Shown here: positions 22,232-34,278 of the stretch, in pieces
How positions within the stretch are numbered: position 1 is the stretch's first letter
How the letters are laid out: each line of letters starts with the position of its first letter
Origin: Victivallales bacterium
Lineage (GTDB): Bacteria > Verrucomicrobiota > Lentisphaeria > Victivallales > UBA1829
Direction: 5' to 3'
Assembly: GCA_045612485.1 (NCBI GenBank)
Contig: JAZKZE010000121.1
Coordinates: 7,337 to 71,336, forward strand
DNA length: 64,000 nucleotides
Notes under the pieces: model-generated
The model's input: only the letters and a program-made list of their open reading frames with translations
What the model was told of the DNA's origin: nothing
Databases searched by the model: none
Program-made: the position numbers and the translations under genes

Positions 22232-22280
22232 TAAAAATTTGCTCTTCCCGAACTCAAAATACCCTTTTGCGTCCGGGAAG
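22232..22280 (-). terminator. Candidate terminator/attenuator after rpoC
   Basis: 9-bp stem with one G:U pair (22244-22252 with 22272-22280), a long 19-nt loop and a short T5 run on the minus strand. This is a weak call. Confidence 0.3.
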
Positions 22281-22329
22281 ATTTTTTTCATTTTTTCTTT
22301 TTTTCCGTTTTTTTTCCGAGAAATTTTAC

Positions 22330-25300
22330 TTATTCCTCATCATAATTCCGGGTAGGATCGAATTCGCTGTCGTCCAATTCGTCTTCAAACTCATCGGCAG
22401 ACTCTTCAAACTCGTCCGCAAAGACATCCTCCTCGGGAGTGATCTCAGCAAGGAATTCATCATCTTCAAAATCCTTGTCATCACCGAAAATCTTCTCAAT
22501 ATCCTCTTCCAGAGCCCCGGTATATGCAGCCATGGTACGGGGTTTGGCAGCAGGAGCAAGAGTGACTTCCGGCTCAATTTCTTCACCCAGTCTCTTGAGC
22601 CCCAGGCTCTGGAATCTGGAGGAACCGGTACCGGCAGGGATCAGGTGACCTGTGATCACGTTTTCCTTGAAGCCGCGCAGCACGTCCACTTTCCCCAGAG
22701 TTGCCGCATCTGTAAGAATACGGGTGGTATCCTGGAAGGAGGCGGAGGAGATAAAGCTTTCTGTTTCCAGAGATGCTTTTGCAATACCCATCAGGATGGG
22801 CTCCCCTACAGCAAGAACACCATTTCCGCTCTTGCGGATCTCTTCATTGGCGTGCTTGAACTCATAACGGTCAACCTGTTCGCCTTTGAGGAAGGGAGTT
22901 GTACCGGGATCAATGATACGCACTTTCTGCATCATCTGACGGATAATGATTTCAATGTGTTTGTCATTGATCTCCACACCCTGGGCTCTGTACACCTTCT
23001 GGATCTCGGTAACGATATACCGCTGCAGTTCGTGAGGTCCGCAGATCTCCAGAAGTTTCTGGGGAATGATGGATCCAACTGTAAGTTTCTGACCTTTGCG
23101 GACATAATCGCCTTTACTCACGATCAGGTGCTTGGAGGTGGGAATGATGTGTTCTTCAGGACTGTCGGGCTTATCCGGATCACGGATGATAATGGTCTGA
23201 CGTCCTTTCATATTCTTCCCTCTTTCCACGATACCGTCGATACGGGCGATTTCAGCAACTTCCTTGGGAATACGGGCTTCAAACAGCTCGGCAACACGGG
23301 GAAGACCCCCGGTAATATCTCTGTTTTTCTGCTGCTGACGGGGCACTCGGGCAAGAGTCATACCGGCACGGACTTTCTGACCCTTACGCACCATAAGCAA
23401 TGCACCTGTGGGCAGCGGATAGCTGTTGAGAAGATTTCCATTGGCATCATTGATGACCACCTGGGGAGCAAGGTCGTCACGGTGTTCCATAACTTCCAGT
23501 GCTTCATTGCCGCCGCGGCTCTTCTTGTTCAGAGTCATTCCTTCGATCAAGTCACCGTAGTCAACAATACCTTCTTTTTCTTCGCAGATGATGGGCATGT
23601 GGTAACCGTCCCATGTAGCCAGCTTTTCACCGACTTTGACCTTGTCGCCGTCTTTCTTTTTCAGAATAGCACCGACTTCAGCGGGGAACCTTTCCAGTTC
23701 GGCATCTTTCACAGCGTCAGCCCAGAAGTCATAATCCGTTGCAAAAATTGCCCCCATGACTTCGGCTTCCTGACGGGCGCGTTCCTTGGCGTTGGTTTCA
23801 TATTCCCGGGCTTTTTCTTCATCATAGATGATGATATAGCCGTTTTTGTTCACTACAAGATCGTCACCGTTTTCATCTTTTACAGAAACGATATGTTCAA
23901 AACGCAATGTTCCTGCCTTGTGAGCGGAAACAGCAGGCATTTTTCCGCCGCTACCGGAGGAGATACCCCCGATATGGAATGTACGCATGGTAAGCTGGGT
24001 ACCGGGTTCACCGATGGACTGGGCGGCAATAATACCCAGAGCATCACCGATTTCAGCATTTCTGTCAGTTGCAAGGTTTTTACCATAGCATTTGACGCAT
24101 ACACCATGTTCCACATCGCAAGTAAGAACAGAACGGATCATCACCTTGGAGATACCGCGTTTTTCAATCAGATCCGCAATGGCGGGAGTAAACTCTTCAC
24201 CGGCACGGATAATACAGGAACCGTCAGATTTTGCGGGGTCCCGGATATCCTGGGCACTGTATCTGCCGATAAGACGCGCCTTCAGAGGCAGCATGACTTC
24301 ATCCCCTTCCACGATCGCTTCCACGAAGATACCCTGGAGAGTTCCGCAATCTTCTGTACGGCAGATAATATCCTGTGCTACGTCCACAAGTTTACGGGTC
24401 ATGTAACCGGAGTCAGCAGTTTTGAGAGCTGTATCCGCCAGACCTTTACGGGCACCGTGGGTACTGATAAAGTACTCAGCCACTGTCAACCCTTCACGGA
24501 AGGAGGAAAGAATAGGACGCTCAATGATCTCTCCGGAAGGTTTGGTCATAAGACCGCGCATACCAGCAAGCTGTTTGATCTGGTCTTTACTTCCCCGGGC
24601 TCCGGAGTCAAGCATGGCGTACACAGGGTTGAGTTCAATACGGGAGGCAGCTTCCACTTCTTTGGTAAGAGCTTCTGCTACAGTATTGGCTGTCACTGTC
24701 CATGCGTCGATGATCTGGTTGTGACGTTCTCTTTCAGACAGAGCACCGGATTTTTCACTTTCAATGATCCCGGCAATCTTTTCTCTTGTACTGCGGATAA
24801 GTTCTGTCTTTTCCTTGGGAATAAGCATGTCTGCCACAGAAATGGAGAAGCCGGCAACAGTAGCATACTTGTATCCCAGATTTTTCAGACGGTCAAGCTG
24901 ATCGATGGTTCCGTCATGACCGATATGTGCATAAGCGTCGGCAATGAGTTTTCCAAGATCTTTCTTCTTGACGATGGCGTTGTGGAATCCAAGTTCTTTC
25001 GGCCAGATGCTGTTGAAAATACATCTGCCGGGAGTTGTCACGATATATTTATCTGTCTCATTGCCTCTGGGAGTTTTTACTCCGAAATCAGGGTTGGGCA
25101 GACGGATGGCATCATGGATCTTGATATAACCGCTGTCCATAGCAAACAATACTTCATTCACATCCCGGAATGTCCGCATACGTTCTTTGTTGCGGGGGTC
25201 GCAGGTAAGATAATATACCCCCAGCGTAATATCCTGTGTGGGTGTGGTAATAGGCTTACCGTTGGCAGGGGAGAAGATATTGTTCACAGAAAGCATGAGC

Positions 25301-26760
25301 AATTTACATTCCAGCTGTGCCGCAGGGGACAGGGGAACGTGAACAGCCATCTGGTCACCGTCGAAGTCAGCATTGTAAGCTGTACACACAAGAGGATGCA
25401 GACGGATGGCGGATCCTTCAATAAGAATAGGATCAAATGCCTGGATACTCAAACGGTGCAATGTAGGAGCACGGTTCAGCATCACAGGATGTCCTTTTGT
25501 CACTTCCTCCAGAATATCCCACACCACAGTTTCACCGCGTTCGATCATCTTTTTGGCACCGCGGACAGTATGAGCCACACCGCGTTCCTTCAGATAACGG
25601 ATGATAAAGGGTTCAAAAAGGACAAGAGCCATCTTCTTGGGAAGACCGCACTGGCGCAGCTGCAGTTCAGGACCTACAACGATCACAGAACGTCCGGAAT
25701 AGTCCACACGTTTACCCAGCAGGTTCTGACGGAAACGTCCCTGCTTACCTCTCAGCATATCGGAAAGGGATTTGAGAGCGCGGTTTCCGGCACCGGTCAC
25801 TGCACGACCGTGACGGCCGTTATCCATGAGAGCGTCCACTGCTTCCTGAAGCATACGTTTTTCATTACGGATGATCACATCAGGAGTACGGAGCATAAGA
25901 AGACTCTTCAGACGGTTATTTCTGTTGATAACTCTTCTGTAGAGATCATTCAGGTCGGATGTTGCAAATCTGCCGCCTTCCAGAGGAACCAGAGGACGCA
26001 GATCGGGAGGGATCACAGGCAGAACTTCCATGATCATCCATTCAGGACGGGAGTTACTGTTGATGAATCCTTCCAAAACACGCAGACGCTTGGAATATTT
26101 CTTACGGATCGCTTTATTGTTGGTCTTTTTGAGTTTCTCATCCAGTTCGTCTTTTTCCTTCTGCAGATCCATATCCTGCAAAAGAGTACGGATAGCGGGC
26201 GCACCCATATCCACCTGGAAAGAGTCACCATAGTCATCTCTTGCTTCGCGGTATTTTGCTTCTGTAAGAGACATACCCTTTGTCAAAGGAGTATCACCGG
26301 GATCGGTAACCACCCAGTCTTCATAGTAGATGATACGTTCCAATGCACGCACTGTAACATCAAGCATAAGTCCGATACGGCTGGGCAGACATTTGAAGAA
26401 CCAGATATGGGAAACGGGTACAGCCAGCTCAATATGGCCCATGCGTTCACGACGCACTTTGGACTGGGTCACTTCCACGCCGCAACGGTCGCAGATGATC
26501 CCTTTGTTCTTACTCTTTTTATACTTTCCGCAGGAACATTCCCAATCCTTTGTGGGACCGAAGATCTTTTCACAGAAAAGACCGCCGCGTTCGGGCTTGA
26601 AAGTTCTGTAATTGATCGTTTCGGGATTCTTGACTTCGCCGTGACTCCAGGAACGGATCACTTCAGGAGAGGCCACCTTGATGGAGACCACCTCAAAAGC
26701 ATTCACCGATGCCTGCTGTACGGCAGCATCATTGTTGAGATTGTTTTCTATCATTGTCAT
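22330..26760 (-). CDS. rpoC: DNA-directed RNA polymerase subunit beta'
   Basis: 1476 aa with the zinc ribbon CSCGKY...CDRCGVEV and the catalytic motif [12 protein letters not shown]. Confidence 0.99.
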   Translation of the reverse strand: MTMIENNLNNDAAVQQASVNAFEVVSIKVASPEVIRSWSHGEVKNPETINYRTFKPERGGLFCEKIFGPTKDWECSCGKYKKSKNKGIICDRCGVEVTQSKVRRERMGHIELAVPVSHIWFFKCLPSRIGLMLDVTVRALERIIYYEDWVVTDPGDTPLTKGMSLTEAKYREARDDYGDSFQVDMGAPAIRTLLQDMDLQKEKDELDEKLKKTNNKAIRKKYSKRLRVLEGFINSNSRPEWMIMEVLPVIPPDLRPLVPLEGGRFATSDLNDLYRRVINRNNRLKSLLMLRTPDVIIRNEKRMLQEAVDALMDNGRHGRAVTGAGNRALKSLSDMLRGKQGRFRQNLLGKRVDYSGRSVIVVGPELQLRQCGLPKKMALVLFEPFIIRYLKERGVAHTVRGAKKMIERGETVVWDILEEVTKGHPVMLNRAPTLHRLSIQAFDPILIEGSAIRLHPLVCTAYNADFDGDQMAVHVPLSPAAQLECKLLMLSVNNIFSPANGKPITTPTQDITLGVYYLTCDPRNKERMRTFRDVNEVLFAMDSGYIKIHDAIRLPNPDFGVKTPRGNETDKYIVTTPGRCIFNSIWPKELGFHNAIVKKKDLGKLIADAYAHIGHDGTIDQLDRLKNLGYKYATVAGFSISVADMLIPKEKTELIRSTREKIAGIIESEKSGALSERERHNQIIDAWTVTANTVAEALTKEVEAASRIELNPVYAMLDSGARGSKDQIKQLAGMRGLMTKPSGEIIERPILSSFREGLTVAEYFISTHGARKGLADTALKTADSGYMTRKLVDVAQDIICRTEDCGTLQGIFVEAIVEGDEVMLPLKARLIGRYSAQDIRDPAKSDGSCIIRAGEEFTPAIADLIEKRGISKVMIRSVLTCDVEHGVCVKCYGKNLATDRNAEIGDALGIIAAQSIGEPGTQLTMRTFHIGGISSGSGGKMPAVSAHKAGTLRFEHIVSVKDENGDDLVVNKNGYIIIYDEEKAREYETNAKERARQEAEVMGAIFATDYDFWADAVKDAELERFPAEVGAILKKKDGDKVKVGEKLATWDGYHMPIICEEKEGIVDYGDLIEGMTLNKKSRGGNEALEVMEHRDDLAPQVVINDANGNLLNSYPLPTGALLMVRKGQKVRAGMTLARVPRQQQKNRDITGGLPRVAELFEARIPKEVAEIARIDGIVERGKNMKGRQTIIIRDPDKPDSPEEHIIPTSKHLIVSKGDYVRKGQKLTVGSIIPQKLLEICGPHELQRYIVTEIQKVYRAQGVEINDKHIEIIIRQMMQKVRIIDPGTTPFLKGEQVDRYEFKHANEEIRKSGNGVLAVGEPILMGIAKASLETESFISSASFQDTTRILTDAATLGKVDVLRGFKENVITGHLIPAGTGSSRFQSLGLKRLGEEIEPEVTLAPAAKPRTMAAYTGALEEDIEKIFGDDKDFEDDEFLAEITPEEDVFADEFEESADEFEDELDDSEFDPTRNYDEE

Positions 26761-26768
26761 TCCTCCCC

Positions 26769-29700
26769 TTATTTATTCTCGGTATCGGCACGTTTCACTG
26801 TACGCACATCAAGACACAAACTCTGCATTTCCTTCATCAAAACGTTGAAGGACTCAGGTCTGCCTGCTTCGAGTACATTTTCTCCGCGTACAATAGATTC
26901 GTAGATCTTGGATCTTCCGGTAACGTCGTCACTCTTGACAGTAAGCATTTCCTGCAGGGTATGTGCTGCACCGTAAGCCTCAAGTGCCCACACCTCCATT
27001 TCCCCGAAACGCTGACCCCCGTGCTGGGCTTTACCGCCCAGAGGCTGCTGGGTAACCAGAGAGTAGGGACCAACGGCACGGGCATGGATCTTGTTGGCAA
27101 CAAGGTGGTCAAGTTTCAGCATGTAGATCTGACCGACCATGACGCGCTGATCAAACTTGTTACCGGTACGGCCGTCGTAAACATCAGTCTTACCGTCATA
27201 TTTATCCCCTTCAGGAGTTTCACGGAAGCCCCATTTATAATTGTGTCCGGTACGTTCCGCTTCTTTCGCATTGGCTTTTTCCATCATTTCAACAATAGTG
27301 GATTCCTGCACCCCGTCAAAGACAGGGGTGGCAACTTTCATGCCAAGCATCTTAGCCGCCCATCCCAGGTGTGTTTCCAGAACCTGTCCGATGTTCATAC
27401 GGCTGGGCACGCCCAGGGGATTCAGCACGATATCCACAGGTGTTCCATCTTTCAGGAAGGGCATATCTTCCACAGGAACAATACGGGAAACAATACCCTT
27501 GTTACCGTGGCGGCCTGCCATTTTATCACCAACCTGGATCTTGCGTTTGGAGGCAACATAAACTTTCACCTTCTTGATGGTACCGGATTCTTCCGCACCA
27601 CCATTCATCAAGGCTTCGATATTGGCATCACGGTCCTTTTCGATCTTATCGAATTTGGGTTTGAAATCCTTTACGATGTTCATGATCGCTTCCTTGGTGG
27701 GGCAATCATCCATCTTGAAGGTATCATACTGCTGGGCAAGTTTATTGATGGAAGGACGTGTCACTTTTCTGTTGGAAGAGATAAGGATGGCATTTTCCTT
27801 TGCAGATGCACCGTCATAAATGGGACAGGGCAGCTTTTTCTGGAAAAGTTCATCCGCAAGTTTCTCTGTAAGTTCAGCAAGAAGCTGGGCACGTTTTTCC
27901 TTGTATTCGTCTTTGATATGTCTGGTCTGCTGTTTTTTCTGCTGATTGGTCATAGCGGGATGTTCAGAATTCTTGGCGTATTCAATACGCACATCCATAA
28001 CAATACCGCCTTTACCACTCTGGACATACAGACTGGAATCTTTCACATCCGCAGCCTTTTCTCCGAAGATGGCACGCAGCAGGCGTTCTTCAGGAGCAAG
28101 CTCTGTTTCGGATTTGGGAGTGATCTTACCAACAAGAATATCGCCGGGCTTTACTTCAGCACCCAGACGGACAACACCATCAGGACCGAGATTTTTCAGC
28201 AGATCTTCACTTACATTGGGAATATCTTTTGTGATTTCTTCGGGTCCGAGTTTGGTATCACGGCTGGTGATCTCAAATTCATCAATGTGAACACTTGTAT
28301 AAACATCTTCCTTCACAAGTCTTTCACTGAGGATGATCGCGTCTTCGAAGTTATATCCGCACCAGGGCATGAAGGCAACCATCACGTTCTTACCCAGAGC
28401 AAGTTCTCCCTGATCTGTGGCTGCACCGTCAGCAATGGGATCGCCCTTCTTCACAACCTGTCCTTTTCTCACGATGGGACGCTGATTGATACAGGTACCC
28501 GCATTGGTACGGAGGAATTTCACAAGTTTGTAAGTCTGGGGATGTTCATCCGCTGTTTCAGCAAGTTCCTTACCATCATTGGTAATGATAATACGGCTGC
28601 CGTCAACTTCAGCAACGATACCGTCGTCAGCTGCAACGATAACGGCACGGGAGTCTACAGCCACCTTCTTTTCCATACCGGTTCCCACATAGGGGGATTC
28701 CGTAATGAGAAGAGGTACGCCCTGACGCTGCATGTTGGATCCCATCAGAGCACGGTTGGCGTCGTCGTGTTCAAGGAAGGGGATCAGTGCAGCGGCAGCA
28801 CTGACAAGCTGTTTGGGAGAAACGTCCATAAACTGGACAGATTCACGGGGATACTCGGCAGCTTCACCGTAATAACGTGCCATCACAGTGGGATTGACAA
28901 ATTTCTTGTCTTCTGTAAGGGGAGCGTTAGCCTGGGCAATAACATACTTTTCTTCCTTGTCAGCAGGCATATAAATGATCTCATCAGTAACAACGCCATC
29001 CACAACTTTGCGGTAGGGGGATTCCAGGAATCCGTACTGATTGATCTTTGCATAAAGACTCATGGAGGAAATAAGTCCGATGTTGGGTCCTTCAGGAGTT
29101 TCAATAGGACAGATTCTTCCATAGTGGCTGGAGTGCACGTCGCGGACTTCAAATCCGGCACGTTCACGGCTCAATCCTCCGGGTCCGAGAGCAGAAAGAC
29201 GGCGCTTGTTCGTCAGTTCGGAAAGGGGATTGGTCTGATCCATGAACTGGGAAAGCTGATTGCGTGCAAAGAAATCACGCACAACACCGATAAACGCCTT
29301 GGGATTGATGATCTTTTCAGGATTGAGGTTCATTGCTTCATCAGGATTGCTGAGGGAAAGTTTTTCACGGATGAGACGTTCAGTCCGGAAAAGCCCCACT
29401 CTGCAATGATTCTGCAAAAGTTCACCTACAGTACGCACACGGCGGGCACCAAGATGGTCAATATCATCTGTATGACCGTTGCCGTTACGCAGTTCCATAA
29501 GCATTTTGGTAGCCTTCATAAGGTCAGATGCTTCCAGGATACGTGCTGTGGGCGGATTTTTAAGTTTATCGAAACCAAGTCTTTCATTGATTTTGAAGCG
29601 GCCGACAGTACCCAGGTCATAACGTTTGTTGTCAAAGAAATGACGCATCAGGAGCAGCTTGGCGTTGGCAGTACTGGGCGGATCGCTGGGACGCATCTTT

Positions 29701-30605
29701 TTATAGATCTCACGGAGAGCATCATCAGAAGTAAGATTCTGATCTTTTGCGAGGCAGTTCACAAGATATGCTTCACCGTTCGGGGTGTAAACGAGATCCA
29801 CATTCTTGATCTTGGCTTCGGAAAGAGTCTTAACGATGTTCTCATCGAGAGTTGTAAGTTTATCTACAAGCATATCGCCATTTGCAGAATAAACAGGTTC
29901 GATGGTATGATATACCTTCACGTCCTCTGCTTTAAGCAGCTGGGCGGGAGTCATGGTCTTGATTTCATAGACTTCAGAGAGAATATCTCTGTCAGTTTCA
30001 TAGCCGATGGCACGCAGGAATGTCGTAATAAGGAACTTTCTTCTGCGACGCTGACGGTCAAGATAGATATAGATATGATCATTGATATCAAATTGTACTT
30101 CCAGCCAGTTTCCGCGGTCAGGAATAATACGGAAAGAATAAAGGAAACGGCCGCTGGAATGACGGGTCTTTTCAAAACAGATACCGGGTGAACGGTGGAG
30201 CTGACTGATGATCACACGTTCAGCACCATTAATGATAAAGGTACCGCGTTCGGTCATCATGGGGATCTCGCCGAGCGAAACCCTCTGGGAAAATACCGCA
30301 TCTTTTACTTTAAGTTTAAAATCAGCAGAAAGTGCTGCCTGATAGGAAAAACCATCCTTGATGCAGTCAACAATTTCTTTTTTTGGATATTCGATATTAT
30401 ATGAAACGAACTCCAGAACCATCTGTTTGTCGTAACTGGAGATGGGAAAAACATCATTAAAGACTTCCTGAAGTCCCTGATTTACCCTTTTATCGGGATC
30501 GGTGCCGAGTTGGAGAAAAGATTTGTAAGAATCGATCTGAACCCCGATCAAGTCCGGAATTTCCAGCACTTCTCTCAATTTACCATAATTAACGCGTTCA
30601 GGCAT
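26769..30605 (-). CDS. rpoB: DNA-directed RNA polymerase subunit beta
   Basis: About 1278 aa with rif-region-like [25 protein letters not shown] and a C-terminal [13 protein letters not shown]. The ATG at 30605 has GGGGTGG 5 nt upstream; the track uses the GTG at 30614. Confidence 0.98.
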   Translation of the reverse strand: MPERVNYGKLREVLEIPDLIGVQIDSYKSFLQLGTDPDKRVNQGLQEVFNDVFPISSYDKQMVLEFVSYNIEYPKKEIVDCIKDGFSYQAALSADFKLKVKDAVFSQRVSLGEIPMMTERGTFIINGAERVIISQLHRSPGICFEKTRHSSGRFLYSFRIIPDRGNWLEVQFDINDHIYIYLDRQRRRRKFLITTFLRAIGYETDRDILSEVYEIKTMTPAQLLKAEDVKVYHTIEPVYSANGDMLVDKLTTLDENIVKTLSEAKIKNVDLVYTPNGEAYLVNCLAKDQNLTSDDALREIYKKMRPSDPPSTANAKLLLMRHFFDNKRYDLGTVGRFKINERLGFDKLKNPPTARILEASDLMKATKMLMELRNGNGHTDDIDHLGARRVRTVGELLQNHCRVGLFRTERLIREKLSLSNPDEAMNLNPEKIINPKAFIGVVRDFFARNQLSQFMDQTNPLSELTNKRRLSALGPGGLSRERAGFEVRDVHSSHYGRICPIETPEGPNIGLISSMSLYAKINQYGFLESPYRKVVDGVVTDEIIYMPADKEEKYVIAQANAPLTEDKKFVNPTVMARYYGEAAEYPRESVQFMDVSPKQLVSAAAALIPFLEHDDANRALMGSNMQRQGVPLLITESPYVGTGMEKKVAVDSRAVIVAADDGIVAEVDGSRIIITNDGKELAETADEHPQTYKLVKFLRTNAGTCINQRPIVRKGQVVKKGDPIADGAATDQGELALGKNVMVAFMPWCGYNFEDAIILSERLVKEDVYTSVHIDEFEITSRDTKLGPEEITKDIPNVSEDLLKNLGPDGVVRLGAEVKPGDILVGKITPKSETELAPEERLLRAIFGEKAADVKDSSLYVQSGKGGIVMDVRIEYAKNSEHPAMTNQQKKQQTRHIKDEYKEKRAQLLAELTEKLADELFQKKLPCPIYDGASAKENAILISSNRKVTRPSINKLAQQYDTFKMDDCPTKEAIMNIVKDFKPKFDKIEKDRDANIEALMNGGAEESGTIKKVKVYVASKRKIQVGDKMAGRHGNKGIVSRIVPVEDMPFLKDGTPVDIVLNPLGVPSRMNIGQVLETHLGWAAKMLGMKVATPVFDGVQESTIVEMMEKANAKEAERTGHNYKWGFRETPEGDKYDGKTDVYDGRTGNKFDQRVMVGQIYMLKLDHLVANKIHARAVGPYSLVTQQPLGGKAQHGGQRFGEMEVWALEAYGAAHTLQEMLTVKSDDVTGRSKIYESIVRGENVLEAGRPESFNVLMKEMQSLCLDVRTVKRADTENK

Positions 30606-30650
30606 TATTACCACCCCATTTGTCGTTGTGCGTAGCAGTCTAAATTAAAA

Positions 30651-30749
30651 CGCAGAGACTCTGCGAAATCCGCGGACAGCCCGAACCGCGAATTTTTTTA
30701 CAAATAAAAACACAGGAAAGCGGGGGGCCTCCTCTGGGATGTCCCCCGC
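30651..30749 (-). promoter_or_regulatory. Stem-loop cluster in the rplL-rpoB spacer (candidate attenuator)
   Basis: Three hairpins in the 175-nt spacer. One is gcggggg...cccccgc (30720-30749), followed on the minus strand by a T-rich run. The others are cgcgg...ccgcg (30671-30690) and cgcagag.ctctgcg (30651-30665). Confidence 0.35.
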
Positions 30750-30789
30750 AATTCCGACCGGATCAAAAAATCCGGAAAATGAAGTCCAA

Positions 30790-31194
30790 TTACTTGACTT
30801 CGACTTTGGCACCAGCGTCTTCAAGCTGTTTTTTGATCTTGTCAGCTTCTTCCTTGGACACACCTTCTTTGATGGCCTTGGGAGCAGAATCAACGAGATC
30901 TTTAGCATCTTTGAGTCCGAGACCGGTAATAGCACGGACTTCTTTGATCACGTTGACTTTGGCAGCGCCGGCGTCAGCGAGGATCACATTGAATTCAGTT
31001 TTTTCTTCAGCAGGAGCAGCGGCAGCAGCGGCAGCGGGAGCTGCAGCAACAGCAACAGGAGCTGCGGCACTGACACCGAGTCTGTCTTCAAGGGCTTTCA
31101 CAAGTTTGGAAAGGTCGAGAACAGAGAGTTTCTCGATGTAGGAAATGAACTGTTCCATTTCCGCGGTAACTTCAACTTTGGCTTCTTCAGACAT
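30790..31194 (-). CDS. rplL: 50S ribosomal protein L7/L12
   Basis: 134 aa with an Ala/Pro hinge [22 protein letters not shown] and the C-terminal domain [11 protein letters not shown]. Confidence 0.97.
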   Translation of the reverse strand: MSEEAKVEVTAEMEQFISYIEKLSVLDLSKLVKALEDRLGVSAAAPVAVAAAPAAAAAAAPAEEKTEFNVILADAGAAKVNVIKEVRAITGLGLKDAKDLVDSAPKAIKEGVSKEEADKIKKQLEDAGAKVEVK

Positions 31195-31218
31195 TATAGT
31201 CCTCCATATATTTTTTTA

Positions 31219-31767
31219 TTAATTGGGCTTTTCTTCAAGTTTGTTTTTGTAAGCATTCAGAACATTAAGAATGCTTGCGGCCTTGGCATTGAGAACTCTC
31301 ACGAGGCCTGTGGGTACCGCCACGAGAAGTCCGAGCAGCTGAGCACGGAGCTGATCTTTGGTGGGCAGACTGGCCATAGCCTTGACCTCTTCAGCGGAGA
31401 GCATACCGCCTTCAATGTAACCACCTTTAGCTGCAAGAACGTTTTTGGTATCCTTGGCAAATTCTTCAATGACTTTAGCGGTCTGACCGGGATCATCTGT
31501 TCCGAAGATCACTGCTGTGTCACCGGAAATCTTGGTCTGGGCGATCGCTGTAATTCCTTTGGCTTCTGCCACTTTAGCAAGCACACGGTTTTTAAGCACG
31601 TGGCATTTTGCGCCTGTGGCAACGATCTTGCCGCGGAAAGCAGCAAGTTCTTTAGCTTTCAGTCCTTTGTAGGATACGAAATAAATAAAATTCGCACCTT
31701 CAAAAAGTTCAGAGATTTCCTCGAACATCTGGACTTTTTCAGCTCTCATCACTTTAGCAGTACTCAT
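31219..31767 (-). CDS. rplJ: 50S ribosomal protein L10
   Basis: 182 aa; L10-like, at the expected position, and its start overlaps the rplA stop by 4 nt. Confidence 0.94.
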   Translation of the reverse strand: MSTAKVMRAEKVQMFEEISELFEGANFIYFVSYKGLKAKELAAFRGKIVATGAKCHVLKNRVLAKVAEAKGITAIAQTKISGDTAVIFGTDDPGQTAKVIEEFAKDTKNVLAAKGGYIEGGMLSAEEVKAMASLPTKDQLRAQLLGLLVAVPTGLVRVLNAKAASILNVLNAYKNKLEEKPN

Positions 31768-32474
31768 TCTTTAGTCTCCTTATCCAAACCACGAAGATCG
31801 ATACGGATCCCGGGAGTCATGGTTGCGGAAACTGTGCAAGACTGCATGTAGATACCTTTTGCAGAAGCAGGTTTCGCTTTGTTGAGAGCACGGATCACTG
31901 CAATACAGTTTGCTGCGAGAGCTTCGGGAGCGAAGGAAAGTTTACCGACAGGAACCTGCACACAGGCACCTTTGTCAGCACGGAATTCCACACGTCCGGC
32001 TTTAGCTTCTTTAACAGCATCAGCGATCTTTTCAGTCACAGTACCGGTTTTGGGGTTGGGCATCAAACCTTTGGGACCGAGCTGACGGCCCAGAGGACGT
32101 ACCTTTGCCATAGCAGAAGGAGATGCAATAAGAACATCAAAATCAACCCAGCCGCCTTTGATCCTTTCGATCATATCTTCGAAGCCCACAAAGTCTGCAC
32201 CGGCAGCTGTAGCTTCATTACGATGGGAATCATTGTCAGAGATGACTGTGACAACAACTTTCTTCCCTGTTCCGCTGGGCAGGGGTACTGCACCGCGAAC
32301 GGTCTGGTCTGTCTGTTTGGGATCTACACCGAGCTTGAAAGAAAGTTCGACAGTCTGATCGAACTTGGGCTGGGGCATTTCCTTCAGAACGTTGAGCGCA
32401 TCAATGAGCTGGTACGCACTGTTCTGCGTAATCTTCTCACTCTGTGCCTTGTAAAGTTTACTGCGTTTAGGCAT
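31764..32474 (-). CDS. rplA: 50S ribosomal protein L1
   Basis: Conserved start MPKRSKLYK at 32474, overlapping the rplK end by 8 nt. The track's 24-aa N-terminal extension (32546) lies inside rplK. Confidence 0.95.
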   Translation of the reverse strand: MPKRSKLYKAQSEKITQNSAYQLIDALNVLKEMPQPKFDQTVELSFKLGVDPKQTDQTVRGAVPLPSGTGKKVVVTVISDNDSHRNEATAAGADFVGFEDMIERIKGGWVDFDVLIASPSAMAKVRPLGRQLGPKGLMPNPKTGTVTEKIADAVKEAKAGRVEFRADKGACVQVPVGKLSFAPEALAANCIAVIRALNKAKPASAKGIYMQSCTVSATMTPGIRIDLRGLDKETKE

Positions 32475-32895
32475 CGACCACCTCGATTCCCATGCTGCGG
32501 GCAGTGCCGGCGATAATTCTGTACGCCGCTTCCTCGCTGCCGGCATTCAGATCGTTTTTCTTCGTCTCCACGATCTGAAGAATCTGTGCTTTCGTAATCT
32601 TTCCAACAATTTCCCGTCCGGGATTGTGGGAAGCGGAAGCTACCCCTGCAGCCTTCTTGATAAGAACGGCAGCGGGAGGACTCTTCAGGATGAAGGTGAA
32701 TGAACGATCCTGGTAAACAGTGATCACGACGGGAATGACAAGACCCGCCTGAGCCTGTGTTGCGGCATTGAACTTTTTGCAGAAGTCCATGATATTAACC
32801 CCAGCCGAACCGAGAGCCGGACCGACGGGAGGTGCAGGATTAGCTGCACCTGCGGGAATCTGCAAACGAATCTCCGCTGTTACCTTTTTCGCCAT
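32467..32895 (-). CDS. rplK: 50S ribosomal protein L11
   Basis: [29 protein letters not shown]. Confidence 0.97.
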   Translation of the reverse strand: MAKKVTAEIRLQIPAGAANPAPPVGPALGSAGVNIMDFCKKFNAATQAQAGLVIPVVITVYQDRSFTFILKSPPAAVLIKKAAGVASASHNPGREIVGKITKAQILQIVETKKNDLNAGSEEAAYRIIAGTARSMGIEVVDA

Positions 32896-32995
32896 TTGTT
32901 CCTCCGTATTCGCGCTCCGGTTCGGACTGGCAGGGCTCCTCCCGTGACCGCGATGCGTTTACTGTATAAAACGAGTTAATCAGAACCGGGGAAGA

Positions 32996-33568
32996 TCACT
33001 CTTCATCCCGTTCGACCTGCCAAAACTCAACCTCAATAGGAGTAGAACGGCCGAAAATGGATACGGTAAGTTTCAATTTACCATGTTCCGCATCCACTCC
33101 ACCGACAGCTGCGGTGAAATTCTCGAAGGGGCCGTCTTTGATTCTTACTCTGTCACCGATCTGATAGGTGACAGCCGGACGGGCTGTTGCCTCATCCTCT
33201 TCCGGTACATTGATCCATGTTCCGATCTCTTCATCAGACATAGGCATGGGATGATCGCCGCCGCAGCTGAATGTAATCACTCCGCGGACTCCATGGATAA
33301 ATGTCCATACAGTTTCATTACGATCACCGTTTTCTTTGTAAAGTTCCATGCGGCAGAAAACATAACCGGGAAAAAGTTTCCGTCTTGTTTCCTTTTTAAC
33401 ACCATTCTTCACTTCAATAAGTTTTTCAGTGGGAATGAGTATCTCATACACAGGAATGGAAGGATCATCCAGTTTGATCTGGCCTTCTATATTTTCCCTT
33501 ACACGGTTTTCCTGTCCGGAAAGCGTGTGCAGAACGAACCACTGTCCTTTACCTGTATTATCCATCAT
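32996..33568 (-). CDS. nusG: Transcription termination/antitermination factor NusG
   Basis: 190 aa with the NGN start WFVLHTLSGQE and a C-terminal KOW segment GDRVRIKDGPF. Confidence 0.95.
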   Translation of the reverse strand: MMDNTGKGQWFVLHTLSGQENRVRENIEGQIKLDDPSIPVYEILIPTEKLIEVKNGVKKETRRKLFPGYVFCRMELYKENGDRNETVWTFIHGVRGVITFSCGGDHPMPMSDEEIGTWINVPEEDEATARPAVTYQIGDRVRIKDGPFENFTAAVGGVDAEHGKLKLTVSIFGRSTPIEVEFWQVERDEE

Positions 33569-33647
33569 CTGTCAAGCTCCTGAAATTCTCTCTGAATAGT
33601 GTTTATTGGGATCTTCTCCAACCGGCAAATGTGACAATTTCTGTTAA

Positions 33648-33875
33648 TCAGAACGTTGTCAGATACTTCACGACTTTGAAGAGAATCTGATCAACCACTG
33701 TAATAAAGGCAGTACTGACCGCAAGGGCAATAATCACCAGTACAGTGGATTCAAAAAGCTGATCGCGTGTAGGCCAGGAACTTTTCCGCATCTCATCCAT
33801 TGTGTTGCTGAAAAATGATCTGATAGAATCAATTACAGCTCCGGCAATTTCAGATATTGTTTTCTTTTTGTCCAT
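33648..33875 (-). CDS. secE: Preprotein translocase subunit SecE
   Basis: 75 aa with a single C-terminal TM helix, sitting between tRNA-Trp and nusG. Confidence 0.85.
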   Translation of the reverse strand: MDKKKTISEIAGAVIDSIRSFFSNTMDEMRKSSWPTRDQLFESTVLVIIALAVSTAFITVVDQILFKVVKYLTTF

Positions 33876-33928
33876 ACCCGCTTCCTTTTCTTAAAATTCT
33901 TTTCAAGCGATAATTTGTATAAAAAAAA

Positions 33929-34004
<76 letters not shown>

Positions 34005-34054
34005 ATGATAAAAACCCCGGGCTCATTTGAACCCGGAATTCTGATAAGAAAACC

Positions 34055-34204
34055 TTACTTGGTTTCCTTATGAACTGTGCGTTTCCGGTCAAACTTACAG
34101 AACTTTTTGATTTCAAGACGACCGGGAGTATTCTTTTTCTCCTTAGTCGTAGTATAGTTTCTGCGTTTGCACTCGGTGCATTCAAGTGTAATAATTTCGC
34201 GCAT
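34055..34204 (-). CDS. rpmG: 50S ribosomal protein L33
   Basis: Not in the ORF track as such. My translation is [49 protein letters not shown] (49 aa). The track ORF 34003..34233 is a different frame over the same DNA. Confidence 0.9.
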   Translation of the reverse strand: MREIITLECTECKRRNYTTTKEKKNTPGRLEIKKFCKFDRKRTVHKETK

Positions 34205-34278
34205 TTTGATTCTCCAGGAATCTCATAAGACAAGGCGCACTTTATCAGTGCGCACTCGTCAAAACCATGAAATCCCGA

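Noticed and set aside
22267-26904. 1545-aa ORF on the plus strand, the longest ORF in the window
   Set aside because: It is exactly codon-aligned antisense to rpoC (both start coordinates are 1 modulo 3). It stays open only because rpoC uses no TTA, CTA or TCA codons. Its composition is Phe/His/Cys/Thr-rich nonsense with no motifs, whereas rpoC on the other strand is unambiguous.
26754-30191. 1145-aa ORF on the plus strand
   Set aside because: Codon-aligned antisense shadow of rpoB, for the same reason as above.
32896-32995. Possible L1-binding regulatory leader upstream of rplK
   Set aside because: The 100-nt spacer is GC-rich and could fold, but I could not identify a convincing mimic of the 23S L1-stalk site by eye. 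This needs a covariance-model search.
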